A DNA stretch of 64,000 nucleotides from contig JBAYES010000003.1 in assembly GCA_041667545.1 (NCBI GenBank), forward strand, positions 2,467 to 66,466. The letters run 5' to 3'. This document shows positions 9,747 through 17,979 of this stretch, piece by piece (the stretch's first letter is position 1; every line of letters starts with the position of its first letter). The notes beneath the pieces were generated by a model. It was given only the letters and a program-made list of their open reading frames with translations, did not search any database and was not told the DNA's origin. The DNA comes from Candidatus Omnitrophota bacterium. Lineage in GTDB: Bacteria > Omnitrophota > Gorgyraeia > Tantalellales > Tantalellaceae. The position numbers and the translations under genes are program-made.

Positions 9747-10809
9747 GGTATTCCTTCATATGGCGGATGATGCTTCTTCCGATTATTTCTCCGAGCCTGA
9801 CAGGGACTGCATTGCCTATGTAAACTCCTATTTTTCTGAATGAAAATGGCGTTTTTCTATCCCAAAATTTATACTTGCGTGGGAAAGTCTGCAACATGGC
9901 TCCTTCTCGTAGGGATAACGCCCTATCTTGCTCGGGGTGGCCGAAGCGCCCTGTTCCGAAACTATAAAATTGAGTGGTTATCGTTGGGGAAGGACAATCC
10001 CATCTCATCCTTGAATAAACCGAACTGTAAGTCTCCCCCGACTCCTTTTGATGACACTGGGCCCGCAACCCTTCTTCCCAGTCCTTCCAACTCCCTCCCG
10101 GCTTAGACTTTCGTATTCTTTTAAGATTGATTTGTGTAAGCGTTGCGGAACGATGAAGAAAATCGTTTCTCGAAATCGTACCGGCGTCAATCAATTCGAG
10201 TTTACCAATGGTATCGGCAACCGTTTTATAGTTCTCGCGTTTACGCGTTGCTGGCAACAACTCTATTTTGCCCAGCTTTGATGCCAACAATACTAAACGA
10301 GTCCTGTTTTGCGGAATTCCATAGTCAGGACAAAAAACCGATTTCCATGACACGAAATACCCCTCATCTTTGATACCGCAGACAAAATCCTCGAAAACTT
10401 TGTACTTAGCCAGCTGTGGAACATTTTCCATAGAAATAATCGTTGGCTTTAGCTCTTTGACTAACTTCAGAAAATGATACAAAAGACCCCACTTTTCATC
10501 TTGGTCTCTTTCTTTATTTTTTTGTGTGTGCTTTGAAAAGGGTTGGCAAGGCGCACATCCGACCAAAATCTTCAGATTTGCCGATCCGTATAAGGCGTTA
10601 AGCTCCGTTGCTGTAAAATCTTTAATATTTTTAGCAATAAATTTTGCATCATTATTTTTCTCATATGCAAACTTGCAAGACTCATCCAGATCCACACCCG
10701 CCGAGACTGCAATCCCAGATTTAATCAATCCATGGGTCAACCCACCGACGCCGCAAAACAAATCAACGGCAACCGCCGATGTTGCTTTTTTATTATATTG
10801 ATTTCGCAT
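9739..10809 (-). CDS. dcm: DNA (cytosine-5)-methyltransferase
   Basis: Motifs DLFCGVGG (I), GCAPCQPFS (IV), ENV (VI), QNRTRLVL (VIII) and GNAVPV (X). Confidence 0.85.
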   Translation of the reverse strand: MRNQYNKKATSAVAVDLFCGVGGLTHGLIKSGIAVSAGVDLDESCKFAYEKNNDAKFIAKNIKDFTATELNALYGSANLKILVGCAPCQPFSKHTQKNKERDQDEKWGLLYHFLKLVKELKPTIISMENVPQLAKYKVFEDFVCGIKDEGYFVSWKSVFCPDYGIPQNRTRLVLLASKLGKIELLPATRKRENYKTVADTIGKLELIDAGTISRNDFLHRSATLTQINLKRIRKSKPGGSWKDWEEGLRAQCHQKESGETYSSVYSRMRWDCPSPTITTQFYSFGTGRFGHPEQDRALSLREGAMLQTFPRKYKFWDRKTPFSFRKIGVYIGNAVPVRLGEIIGRSIIRHMKEYHG

Positions 10810-10902
10810 TCCCCATCCTCTCCCAATTCAAGTCTTTCAGATCATGAAGCTGAAAAACACGTCCATAAAAATGAACCTCTGCAATTTTGCATCCCTATAT
10901 TT

Positions 10903-11454
10903 TCAAGAAACAGATCTGATTTTTTCCCGGACTCGCTCTGCAATAACATCAGCCTCTTTGAATAAATCCATGACTTTATTCTTTATTGAATCTAATCCCC
11001 CTATCTCGTCAGGGCAAACCTTTTTTATTTTTCCGTAGTCAACTTGAGCAGGAAGATATTTCTCAAAATACCGTTTAATGGCTTGAATTTTCAAAACAGC
11101 GTCAACGCCGTTTTTCTTTCTTAAAAAAACTTCCCAATCCCGGTTTCCTTTTTCAGAATTGCATTTTTTACAGCTTGGCAAAAGATTGCCGATTACATGG
11201 CCGTATCCGGAAAATTTGAGATCCTTTACTAGACCAAAAACGTGATCCCAAGTCTCCGCCTCTGTCCCACAATATACACATAACAAATCCTTCTCTGGAT
11301 CTTGACCGAGCAAGGCAACAGCTTCTTTGACTGTTTTAAGATCATACGAATCATTCGGAGCGATAGCGGAAGCGAAGGCATGATTTATCGTAGTCTGCCT
11401 TTTTTTCATTATTGAATACGGCTGTAAATGTGTCTTAATGCTCTCTATTTTCAT
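10903..11454 (-). CDS. HNH endonuclease
   Basis: Motif CVYCGTEAETWDHVFGLV...GNLLPSCKKCNSEKGNRDW. The start overlaps the Vsr stop. Confidence 0.55.
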   Translation of the reverse strand: MKIESIKTHLQPYSIMKKRQTTINHAFASAIAPNDSYDLKTVKEAVALLGQDPEKDLLCVYCGTEAETWDHVFGLVKDLKFSGYGHVIGNLLPSCKKCNSEKGNRDWEVFLRKKNGVDAVLKIQAIKRYFEKYLPAQVDYGKIKKVCPDEIGGLDSIKNKVMDLFKEADVIAERVREKIRSVS

Positions 11455-11849
11455 ACAACACCGGTAATTTTCTTCAAACTTTTATCCAAACTACGCTTTA
11501 TATCTTTTTCCCACAAACGGATTACCGTCCACCCCTCCCCCTTAAGCGCTTTGGTAACCTGCCTGTCTCTCTGCTTATTCCGGGCAATCTTCTGCTCCCA
11601 ATAACCACAGTTTGACTTCGGCATAATGCACCGGGTCCGGTGTCCATGCCAAAAATCCGAATCGACAAATACGACTACCCTTTTTCTCCGGAAAACAAAA
11701 TCCGGCTTGCCAGTAATCGTTTTTACATTCTTTGCAAAATATATCTTTTGCCTTCTCAGCTCTTTAGCAATCAAAAGCTCCGGCTGAGTTCCTTCAGACC
11801 GGATATTCTGCATATTTTTCCTGCGTTGTTCAGGCGTCAAGTTATCCAT
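11451..11849 (-). CDS. vsr: very-short-patch repair endonuclease
   Basis: Motifs TQPELLIAKELRRQKIYF...GKPDFVFRRKRVVVFVDSDFWHGH and GWTVIRLWE. Confidence 0.8.
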   Translation of the reverse strand: MDNLTPEQRRKNMQNIRSEGTQPELLIAKELRRQKIYFAKNVKTITGKPDFVFRRKRVVVFVDSDFWHGHRTRCIMPKSNCGYWEQKIARNKQRDRQVTKALKGEGWTVIRLWEKDIKRSLDKSLKKITGVV

Positions 11850-13739
11850 CTACCTGTCGACCTTATAAAAATTCTTTCCTTCCGGAAGTTTAATATTAGG
11901 TATCCACAACGGCTCGCCGTCCCATCCCTTGCCCTCCTCGCCGTTAATTCTATAAAGCGTAAGAACCGGCACATCCCTGACTGAATCTCCCAGCGACCGA
12001 TCAACCGGAGACAGCAACGTCCCGGTTCCTTTTGATATACTGCGGTCTCTCCTGACAATCAGCATTGCTTTATTATCCGCATGGCTCGCTTTCAGCGCCT
12101 TGATACAGTTCACGAAAGCCGTATTTGACCAGTCAGATTTGTCTTCACTCTCAAAATTCTCCAAAAGAGTAATAACCCCGTTAAGGGTGGTTTCATGCAT
12201 TCCCTCTCCAGAATACGGAGAAAGCATATCATCGACCTGCCTGACGTGTTTTCTTTTAGGAAAATTCGGGAAATAATTTACCCCGCCGACAATCACATCC
12301 ATCAGCTTGCTGTCTACCACATTCGATCTTGTCGGCTTAATCCCCGGGGGATAAAGAAGACTTATATCCTCAGTACTGGTACTGCTTATCTGGCCTATTA
12401 ACGCCCTGTTGCCACTGTTTAATTCTATAAAAAGCTTTAACAGCGACGGCGGAATAAAAAAACGCATCAAGTCAGGGTCCCGGTCGTATCCGAACATCCG
12501 GCAGTGTTGCCAAAATGTATCCGCCTGAGGCGCTTTTGCAGTTCGACAGTAGTAAACCGTATGGAGCGCGGGAAACGTAACGCCTCTTCCAAGACTGTTC
12601 CCGCCCACAATAATACTCATTCCTCTTGAACAGTCGACCTCGTTGCTTCCAATTGAATTCATAACAAAAATTTTTATCTGTTCCTCGTTTAGTTTCTTTT
12701 TGAGAAAATCGTGAATCTTATCAAAATCTATAGTCCCGGACTTTGTTTTTTGAAGATCTTCCCAAGACTCCTTGAGAAAATCCCCCATCTTATCTTCAGA
12801 TACAGCAAGAAGCATTTCGTTTAAATACTCTCCAAGTCTGCGGGCAATGCGAGTATGGTCTGCAATCCTGACACTCGGATGGACAAGAAAATTGCAAGCC
12901 TGCGCGCTTTTAGATAATAAAACGTGCGCCCCTGTCACTAAAAAAGTTAACAGCGACATCCGAAGACCTTCGGCAATAATCTTCCCTTCGTCTCTCAGCT
13001 CGTCTAATTCATTTTCCGGAGTAAGTCTGATACACGGCGAAGGCGGATCGCTGTAGAAAAAACTGCCGCCGAGATACCCGGGCCCGGGCGCGAAATAATG
13101 CACAAACGACGGCCTCCACCCTGTTGTTTTCGACTGAAGAAACAGCGACTGGGGCGTAGCCGTCACCTGAAGGTACATACTGCTGTTGGCCAGCTTCTTC
13201 ATTCCTTCCAAGTGACGGTTAATTGTGCTCTGCTGTTTTTTATTAATTTTTGTATTCAGGCTGGCGGCGTCTCCCTCATCATCAATGATAAACAACGGAC
13301 GGCCTTCACAGAACTTTGACGATGACAAATTGTCTTTCCAGCGCTTAAGAACTCTGTTGTTCTTTTTAATCACGATCATCACAGGCTTGCGGATTTTTGA
13401 CTCCATAAATTTAACATCATCGTCTTCCCCGCACACGATGAAAGTATCCAGCGCATGTTCCGCCCGTTTAAGCGTCTGCTCATGGAGATATACGTTATCC
13501 GTAGTAAGAAAAACAAAGATCGAGAAACCTTCATCAGCTGCGGCCGAAACAAGGCCCAGCACTTGACTTGTTTTCCCGCTTTGAACATTGCCGAGAAGCA
13601 GTCCTGTTAAATGATCACGGAATGAAAACGTTTTGATATGCTTTGGGATTAAGACATCAATAGTTTGCTTTATCGACGAGGAAATGCCGGGAGAGGCTGT
13701 TTCAATTTTCTTTAGGTAACTTTCAATGTGAATCCCCAT
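11850..13739 (-). CDS. Z1-domain P-loop NTPase, candidate N-protein of a CglI/NgoAVII-like ATP-dependent restriction system
   Basis: Walker A LLLGNVQSGKTSQVLGL (Z1 signature hhGxVQSGKT). Second Met (MGIHIE, 13739) is preferred as the start because it avoids a 65-nt overlap with the upstream PLD gene. Confidence 0.55.
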   Translation of the reverse strand: MGIHIESYLKKIETASPGISSSIKQTIDVLIPKHIKTFSFRDHLTGLLLGNVQSGKTSQVLGLVSAAADEGFSIFVFLTTDNVYLHEQTLKRAEHALDTFIVCGEDDDVKFMESKIRKPVMIVIKKNNRVLKRWKDNLSSSKFCEGRPLFIIDDEGDAASLNTKINKKQQSTINRHLEGMKKLANSSMYLQVTATPQSLFLQSKTTGWRPSFVHYFAPGPGYLGGSFFYSDPPSPCIRLTPENELDELRDEGKIIAEGLRMSLLTFLVTGAHVLLSKSAQACNFLVHPSVRIADHTRIARRLGEYLNEMLLAVSEDKMGDFLKESWEDLQKTKSGTIDFDKIHDFLKKKLNEEQIKIFVMNSIGSNEVDCSRGMSIIVGGNSLGRGVTFPALHTVYYCRTAKAPQADTFWQHCRMFGYDRDPDLMRFFIPPSLLKLFIELNSGNRALIGQISSTSTEDISLLYPPGIKPTRSNVVDSKLMDVIVGGVNYFPNFPKRKHVRQVDDMLSPYSGEGMHETTLNGVITLLENFESEDKSDWSNTAFVNCIKALKASHADNKAMLIVRRDRSISKGTGTLLSPVDRSLGDSVRDVPVLTLYRINGEEGKGWDGEPLWIPNIKLPEGKNFYKVDR

Positions 13740-14796
13740 TGCCCCTCCTGAAATCCAGTATCCATACGTCAGGTTTTGAAGTGGCAATCAGTTCAAAATT
13801 GTCCCTTCCGTAACGCCTGAGCGTGTCTGCTGTAACCGGTTCGCCGACCTTAAGGGCTCCGTTGTTCTCAAGACGTCCTTTTATCCATCGGCCTAAAATC
13901 TTTAGATCATCAGCCGATCGGAAATTCTTGCTGTAATCGCCACTGATTTTGCATCTAAATTTCCAACCGTCATCAGTATAGACCGTAATAATGCTCTCCC
14001 TGTCGGGATATCCTGCTTTAGGATATCCCAGCTGACCGGTGATATCGCTTGAAACGATTAATTCGACCTCATACCAATGCCTTGGCTTAACAAACCCTTT
14101 TCTATTTTCTCTCCCCTTGCCGAAGAATACATTCAAGTTACTGTGAGGGGCTTCCTCTGCACCTTTAATGGGAATCTTAAACGCTGTCGGCGTCCTGTCT
14201 AAAAGAACCGCCTGCAATTCTTCCTGCGAAGGCTTATCCACGCCTTCATGCCCGTCAAGAAGACTATTCTCGCTCTCAATAATCTTAGGCGTATATCCCT
14301 CCAGCGGGACGCTGGCTTCACGCGACAGACGAATAATAAAATCATTAATTTCCTTTACAGTGCTTTGTTCATCCAAAAGCAGATCTGCTTCATAGTGATT
14401 TTGGCTGTCGAGAATACTGCTTAAATTCGACGAACCTATCAGCCCGGCAAACGGATTTGTTTCTTTAAGAAAACTGTACACCTTTCCATGAAATTTAAAT
14501 GCATTGGCGACCATAACACCGCCGATTTTATTTCCGCGCAAATATTCATCGAGATATCTCGCGGCGTCAAACTGCGACCGGGTAAAACCATCAAATCCGT
14601 GCATGCCGATCACAATTTCCAAGAAAGATTTCTTATTCTCTTCAATGATTTTCTTAAGTTCAGCCAGCGCATCGGCAGAGATATACCCTGAAGCAATCCT
14701 GATGCCGTCGGCATTCTGAATTAAATCTTCAAAACACGTGATCGTATTCCTTTTAGAAAATCGTACCGGCGGGATATTGGATAAAAGTAATTCCAT
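13723..14796 (-). CDS. PLD-family (HKD) restriction endonuclease, NgoFVII/NgoAVII/CglI R-protein-like
   Basis: HKD motif AFKFHGKVYSF...GSSNLS. Directly follows and overlaps the m5C methyltransferase by 1 nt. Confidence 0.6.
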   Translation of the reverse strand: MELLLSNIPPVRFSKRNTITCFEDLIQNADGIRIASGYISADALAELKKIIEENKKSFLEIVIGMHGFDGFTRSQFDAARYLDEYLRGNKIGGVMVANAFKFHGKVYSFLKETNPFAGLIGSSNLSSILDSQNHYEADLLLDEQSTVKEINDFIIRLSREASVPLEGYTPKIIESENSLLDGHEGVDKPSQEELQAVLLDRTPTAFKIPIKGAEEAPHSNLNVFFGKGRENRKGFVKPRHWYEVELIVSSDITGQLGYPKAGYPDRESIITVYTDDGWKFRCKISGDYSKNFRSADDLKILGRWIKGRLENNGALKVGEPVTADTLRRYGRDNFELIATSKPDVWILDFRRGNGDSH

Positions 14797-15911
14797 TAGA
14801 GAGCTCCTGCTAAAGTCTGTTCTTCAATAATATGCTCCATACGCTTTTTGACAGGAATATCCTTAAATCTGCTGTAAACCTCTTGGAGATCTGTATTTTC
14901 ATAGTCTCCTGTAAAAAGCGGCATTAAAGCCTTTGCTAATTCTGCAACCCCCTGGGGAGGAACAGCATTTCCAATCTGACGCCTTACTTCGGCAACAGAA
15001 CCGACAAACTCAAAATCATCAGGGAATGACTGAAGTCTCGCCCGCTCACGGTTAGTCAAAGGTCTTGGATCCGGATAATGATATCCCCATGTCCCGCCCC
15101 CGCCAGCCGCAATAATCGTTTTGGCCGGTTCGTTTCTGCTGATACGGCGGTATACGTGACTGATCATTCCTTTAACATAATAAGGACTGTCTACAGGAAC
15201 ATTCGTGAAGTTGCCGCCTTCGGGAATAAGTTGAAGCATTTTTACCGTCTTTGCGGCAATGTTCATTCTCTCATTATTTAATTTAACTTTACCAGCGCCC
15301 TTTAAAGCCGCACCAGCTGTGATATAAGGTTTTTCTACCGAAGGTCCGTGCGTAGGCCGGGGATGGCAAAAATCGAACCCTGTATCGATGCGTATTCCTA
15401 CAATAAGAACGCGCTCTCTGAATTGAGGCACTCCATAGTCGGCGAAATTATACAGCTTAGGCTTAACTATATACCCCGGGCTGATTTTTTCAAAATCACT
15501 TACGATTTGCTCAATCGCCCTTCCGTTATTTGCCGTCAACAAGCCCTTTACATTCTCGGCAATAAAAGCTTTCGGTTTTTTTGCGTCGACAAAACGAAGA
15601 AAGCTTTTGTATAAATTCCCTCGTTCACCGTTAAGTCCCGGCCTTTTCCAAATCATCGAAAAATCCTGACATGGAAATCCTCCTAAAATTAAATCGCAGT
15701 CAGGAATTTTTTTGCTTTTAGGATTTACTTTCTCAATATCACCACAGTGCATAACACTGCCTAAATTCCTCTCATATGTGGCGGCTGCCCATTCGTTAAA
15801 ATCGTTTGCCCATACAACCTCATATCCCTGTTTGTGAAAACCAAGATCGAGCCCGCCGCATCCGGCAAACAAAGATATAATTTTCGGTACATAGCTTTTT
15901 GATTTCGTCAT
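14796..15911 (-). CDS. DNA (cytosine-5)-methyltransferase (M subunit of the PLD/Z1 restriction system)
   Basis: Motifs LFAGCGG (I), GGFPCQDFS (IV), ENV (VI), QFRERVLIVG (VIII) and GNAVPP (X). Confidence 0.85.
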   Translation of the reverse strand: MTKSKSYVPKIISLFAGCGGLDLGFHKQGYEVVWANDFNEWAAATYERNLGSVMHCGDIEKVNPKSKKIPDCDLILGGFPCQDFSMIWKRPGLNGERGNLYKSFLRFVDAKKPKAFIAENVKGLLTANNGRAIEQIVSDFEKISPGYIVKPKLYNFADYGVPQFRERVLIVGIRIDTGFDFCHPRPTHGPSVEKPYITAGAALKGAGKVKLNNERMNIAAKTVKMLQLIPEGGNFTNVPVDSPYYVKGMISHVYRRISRNEPAKTIIAAGGGGTWGYHYPDPRPLTNRERARLQSFPDDFEFVGSVAEVRRQIGNAVPPQGVAELAKALMPLFTGDYENTDLQEVYSRFKDIPVKKRMEHIIEEQTLAGAL

Positions 15912-15923
15912 TCATTGCTCCTG

Positions 15924-15956
15924 TCAAAAAAATAAACCGGCAGTTAATGCCGGTTT
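15924..15956 (-). terminator. rho-independent terminator (AAACCGGCA-gttaat-TGCCGGTTT then T-run on the minus strand)
   Basis: Perfect 9-bp stem, 6-nt loop. An A-run at 15924-15933 on the plus strand gives a T-run after the hairpin on the minus strand. Overlaps the stop of the small RHH gene. Confidence 0.6.
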
Positions 15957-16114
15957 CAATTTCTTTTTCTTTTCCATTCCTTCAAATCTTTTTCGATCAG
16001 TTCTCGTATAATTGATATAATAGAAGCATTCTTATTCTGCTTCTGCAGTTCAAGTGCCTTTTCCTTTAGAAAGAAATACTGCTCCTCGCTGATTTCTATT
16101 GTGGTCTTTTTCAT
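15956..16114 (-). CDS. small ribbon-helix-helix (CopG/Arc-like) regulator, candidate controller (C) protein of the R-M locus
   Basis: Start assumed at MKKTTIEISEEQYFFLKEKALE, giving a beta-strand followed by two helices. Sits directly upstream of the M-R-N operon. Confidence 0.45.
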   Translation of the reverse strand: MKKTTIEISEEQYFFLKEKALELQKQNKNASIISIIRELIEKDLKEWKRKRN

Positions 16115-16158
16115 TTTGGTTCCTTCTGTGGCAAGCATAAGTACACCGTCCCCCTGTT

Positions 16159-16192
16159 AACCTATATTGCTATATTTATAGCAATATAGGTT
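16159..16192. promoter_or_regulatory. perfect 16-bp-arm palindrome AACCTATATTGCTATA-tt-TATAGCAATATAGGTT, candidate operator (C-box-like) upstream of the RHH gene
   Basis: Perfect inverted repeat seen directly, 45-80 nt upstream of the RHH start on the minus strand. Confidence 0.6.
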
Positions 16193-16242
16193 ACGGATGT
16201 CAATTAGAAAGTCTTGAAAGGCCCATAAAAACAAAAACCTCC

Positions 16243-16290
16243 GCTGGTAATTTGCGCCAGCGAAGGTTTTGCTTTTTTAAAGTCCGGGAT
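16243..16290. terminator. bidirectional rho-independent terminator (GCTGG-taatttgcg-CCAGC with A- and T-runs on both sides)
   Basis: Hairpin flanked by aaaaacaaaaacc upstream and ggttttgctttttt downstream. Separates phage late-region genes from the R-M cargo. Confidence 0.5.
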
Positions 16291-16360
16291 TTATTCCTTC
16301 AAACTCGGGACTATTCATCGCTATATTTATATATCTAATGTATCACAAATCAAACAGAAA

Positions 16361-16693
16361 TCAATTTTTTTTTATCAATAGTAAGTTTGCTTTGAAATAC
16401 ACGTTGACCATCTCCGCGGCGAACTTCTGTTTGCCTCCGATATGCCAGTCGGTGTTCTGCTCCGGATCCAGATTCGACTTGTAGTCGTAGATCGTGAATA
16501 CAAGGCCGTTGATCCTGCCGACCCACTCGGCCTTGATCTTGCTGTCCGGCGAAGTGCCGAGCTGTGGCGCGCCGAAGACCCGAACGATATCCTCGTAACG
16601 CGTTCCTTCCGGCAGGTATCCCTGACAGCCGGTGCCGTCATGGGATACCCCGCCCATCTCAACCGTTAGTTCTATCTCAGCTTTAACTTTCAT
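16361..16693 (-). CDS. hypothetical phage protein
   Basis: 110-aa ORF. A GC-rich overlapping frame (16375-16662) is present, so the frame call is uncertain. Confidence 0.35.
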   Translation of the reverse strand: MKVKAEIELTVEMGGVSHDGTGCQGYLPEGTRYEDIVRVFGAPQLGTSPDSKIKAEWVGRINGLVFTIYDYKSNLDPEQNTDWHIGGKQKFAAEMVNVYFKANLLLIKKN

Positions 16694-17114
16694 TCTGCAC
16701 CTTCTTCTTTCCCCAGCCGGACTTCCATCGGGCTACCGCACCGGCCACGATCGCGTCTATTTCCTGTTGAGTGACACCCGCGGCAAGTGCCTTCATAAGC
16801 TCACTTTTATTAAGCACTCTGAAATTCTTGATGCCTCGATCTTTCGCTTTTAACATAAGAGAATGACGGCTTTCCTTGCCATCGGTCTTAACATCCCCGG
16901 ATCCCTTCTTTGTGATCTTCAATCTTTCACAAATCGCCTGAACCCCGCACTTTGAAATCGGGATTTTCTTGCCTTCCAACTTTGTCATAACTTCCTGCCT
17001 GAACTTGCTATTTGCGGGCCCGGCAAGCCGCCACACTTCACGTTCGCGATCACGATCATTTAAACTCACTAATTTTTCAATATACTCACTGACATTCATG
17101 GCATCCCCCTTCAT
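16683..17114 (-). CDS. hypothetical protein with C-terminal Rho_N/SAP-like helix pair
   Basis: Start chosen at MKGDAMNV (ATGA overlap with the upstream stop at 17111-17114). C-terminal segment NKSELMKALAAGVTQQEIDAIVAG. Confidence 0.35.
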   Translation of the reverse strand: MKGDAMNVSEYIEKLVSLNDRDREREVWRLAGPANSKFRQEVMTKLEGKKIPISKCGVQAICERLKITKKGSGDVKTDGKESRHSLMLKAKDRGIKNFRVLNKSELMKALAAGVTQQEIDAIVAGAVARWKSGWGKKKVQNES

Positions 17115-17377
17115 AATACCGATTCCTGTAATTTTCCGGTCATAACATCCATCATCTGGAAATGCGTAACGCCCGCATCCTTCCATTGCTGTTCGATCGT
17201 GATCGACCATTTGCCCAGCGGCATGACCCTCTGGATCTCCCTGAGTCGCAACTTTGCGGCCGGAAGATGATCGCGCATGCGGCCCGACACCGGAATGTTC
17301 TCGATGTACGTTTCCTCACCGCCGTTCCTGACGCTTATATACCGCGTCTTTTTTGCTGTCATATTCTCTTTAACCAT
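17111..17377 (-). CDS. hypothetical protein
   Basis: ORF only. Confidence 0.3.
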   Translation of the reverse strand: MVKENMTAKKTRYISVRNGGEETYIENIPVSGRMRDHLPAAKLRLREIQRVMPLGKWSITIEQQWKDAGVTHFQMMDVMTGKLQESVL

Positions 17378-17440
17378 AGAAATCCCCTCCTTTTGAGGGG
17401 TATAGGGCCATAATGTTTAATAGTTGGCAAGGCTTTTGTC

Positions 17441-17773
17441 TTAAAAATCTACCCGAACACCGGCTTTGGCCCCGACCCCTTTTCGGTCGTCGGATTCCGC
17501 GAAACCGTACCCCTCTACAAACGGATGTATCCCGATCCCGGGCTTCTTTTCTTCGCGTTTCTGATCGATCATAACCTGCGCGCCCGGCTGGGCGATGATA
17601 TGCGTCTCCTGTTTCGTAGTCTCTGTCGGCATAAAGAAAGCCTTATAGATCGTGAGCCCTATAAGCCCGATCGCCGCTATCCCGATCGCGTAGCGCGCGG
17701 TCTTGACCCACGGCAACCATTGAACGAAACTGCCTAAAAACTTGAGAATACTGAACCTTTCCTGATCCGCCAT
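17441..17773 (-). CDS. single-pass membrane protein (possible holin/spanin-like; no lysin identified nearby)
   Basis: TM segment YAIGIAAIGLIGLTIYKAFFM. Confidence 0.35.
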   Translation of the reverse strand: MADQERFSILKFLGSFVQWLPWVKTARYAIGIAAIGLIGLTIYKAFFMPTETTKQETHIIAQPGAQVMIDQKREEKKPGIGIHPFVEGYGFAESDDRKGVGAKAGVRVDF

Positions 17774-17979
17774 ATTCCACCATACCTTTTGGCCTATGCC
17801 GCGCCGTTTTCATCTTTGTCAGTAAACAGAAAAACAAAAGCTTTCAACTCTTTAGCAGTAAGTCCGCAGGTATTCTTTATCTTCGTAATCGCCGTTTTAA
17901 TGTCCTTTTTTGCCTGCGCCTTCTTTTTCAGTTTAACTACCTGCTCTTCGGCTATTAATCGTTTAACCATGATCTCCCC

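Noticed and set aside
16375-16669. Alternative GC-rich ORFs (16375-16662 minus, 16442-16669 plus) overlapping the 110-aa gene
   Set aside because: They are Arg/Ser-rich low-complexity translations typical of out-of-frame reading of a GC-rich gene. The 16361-16693 frame is kept only as hypothetical.
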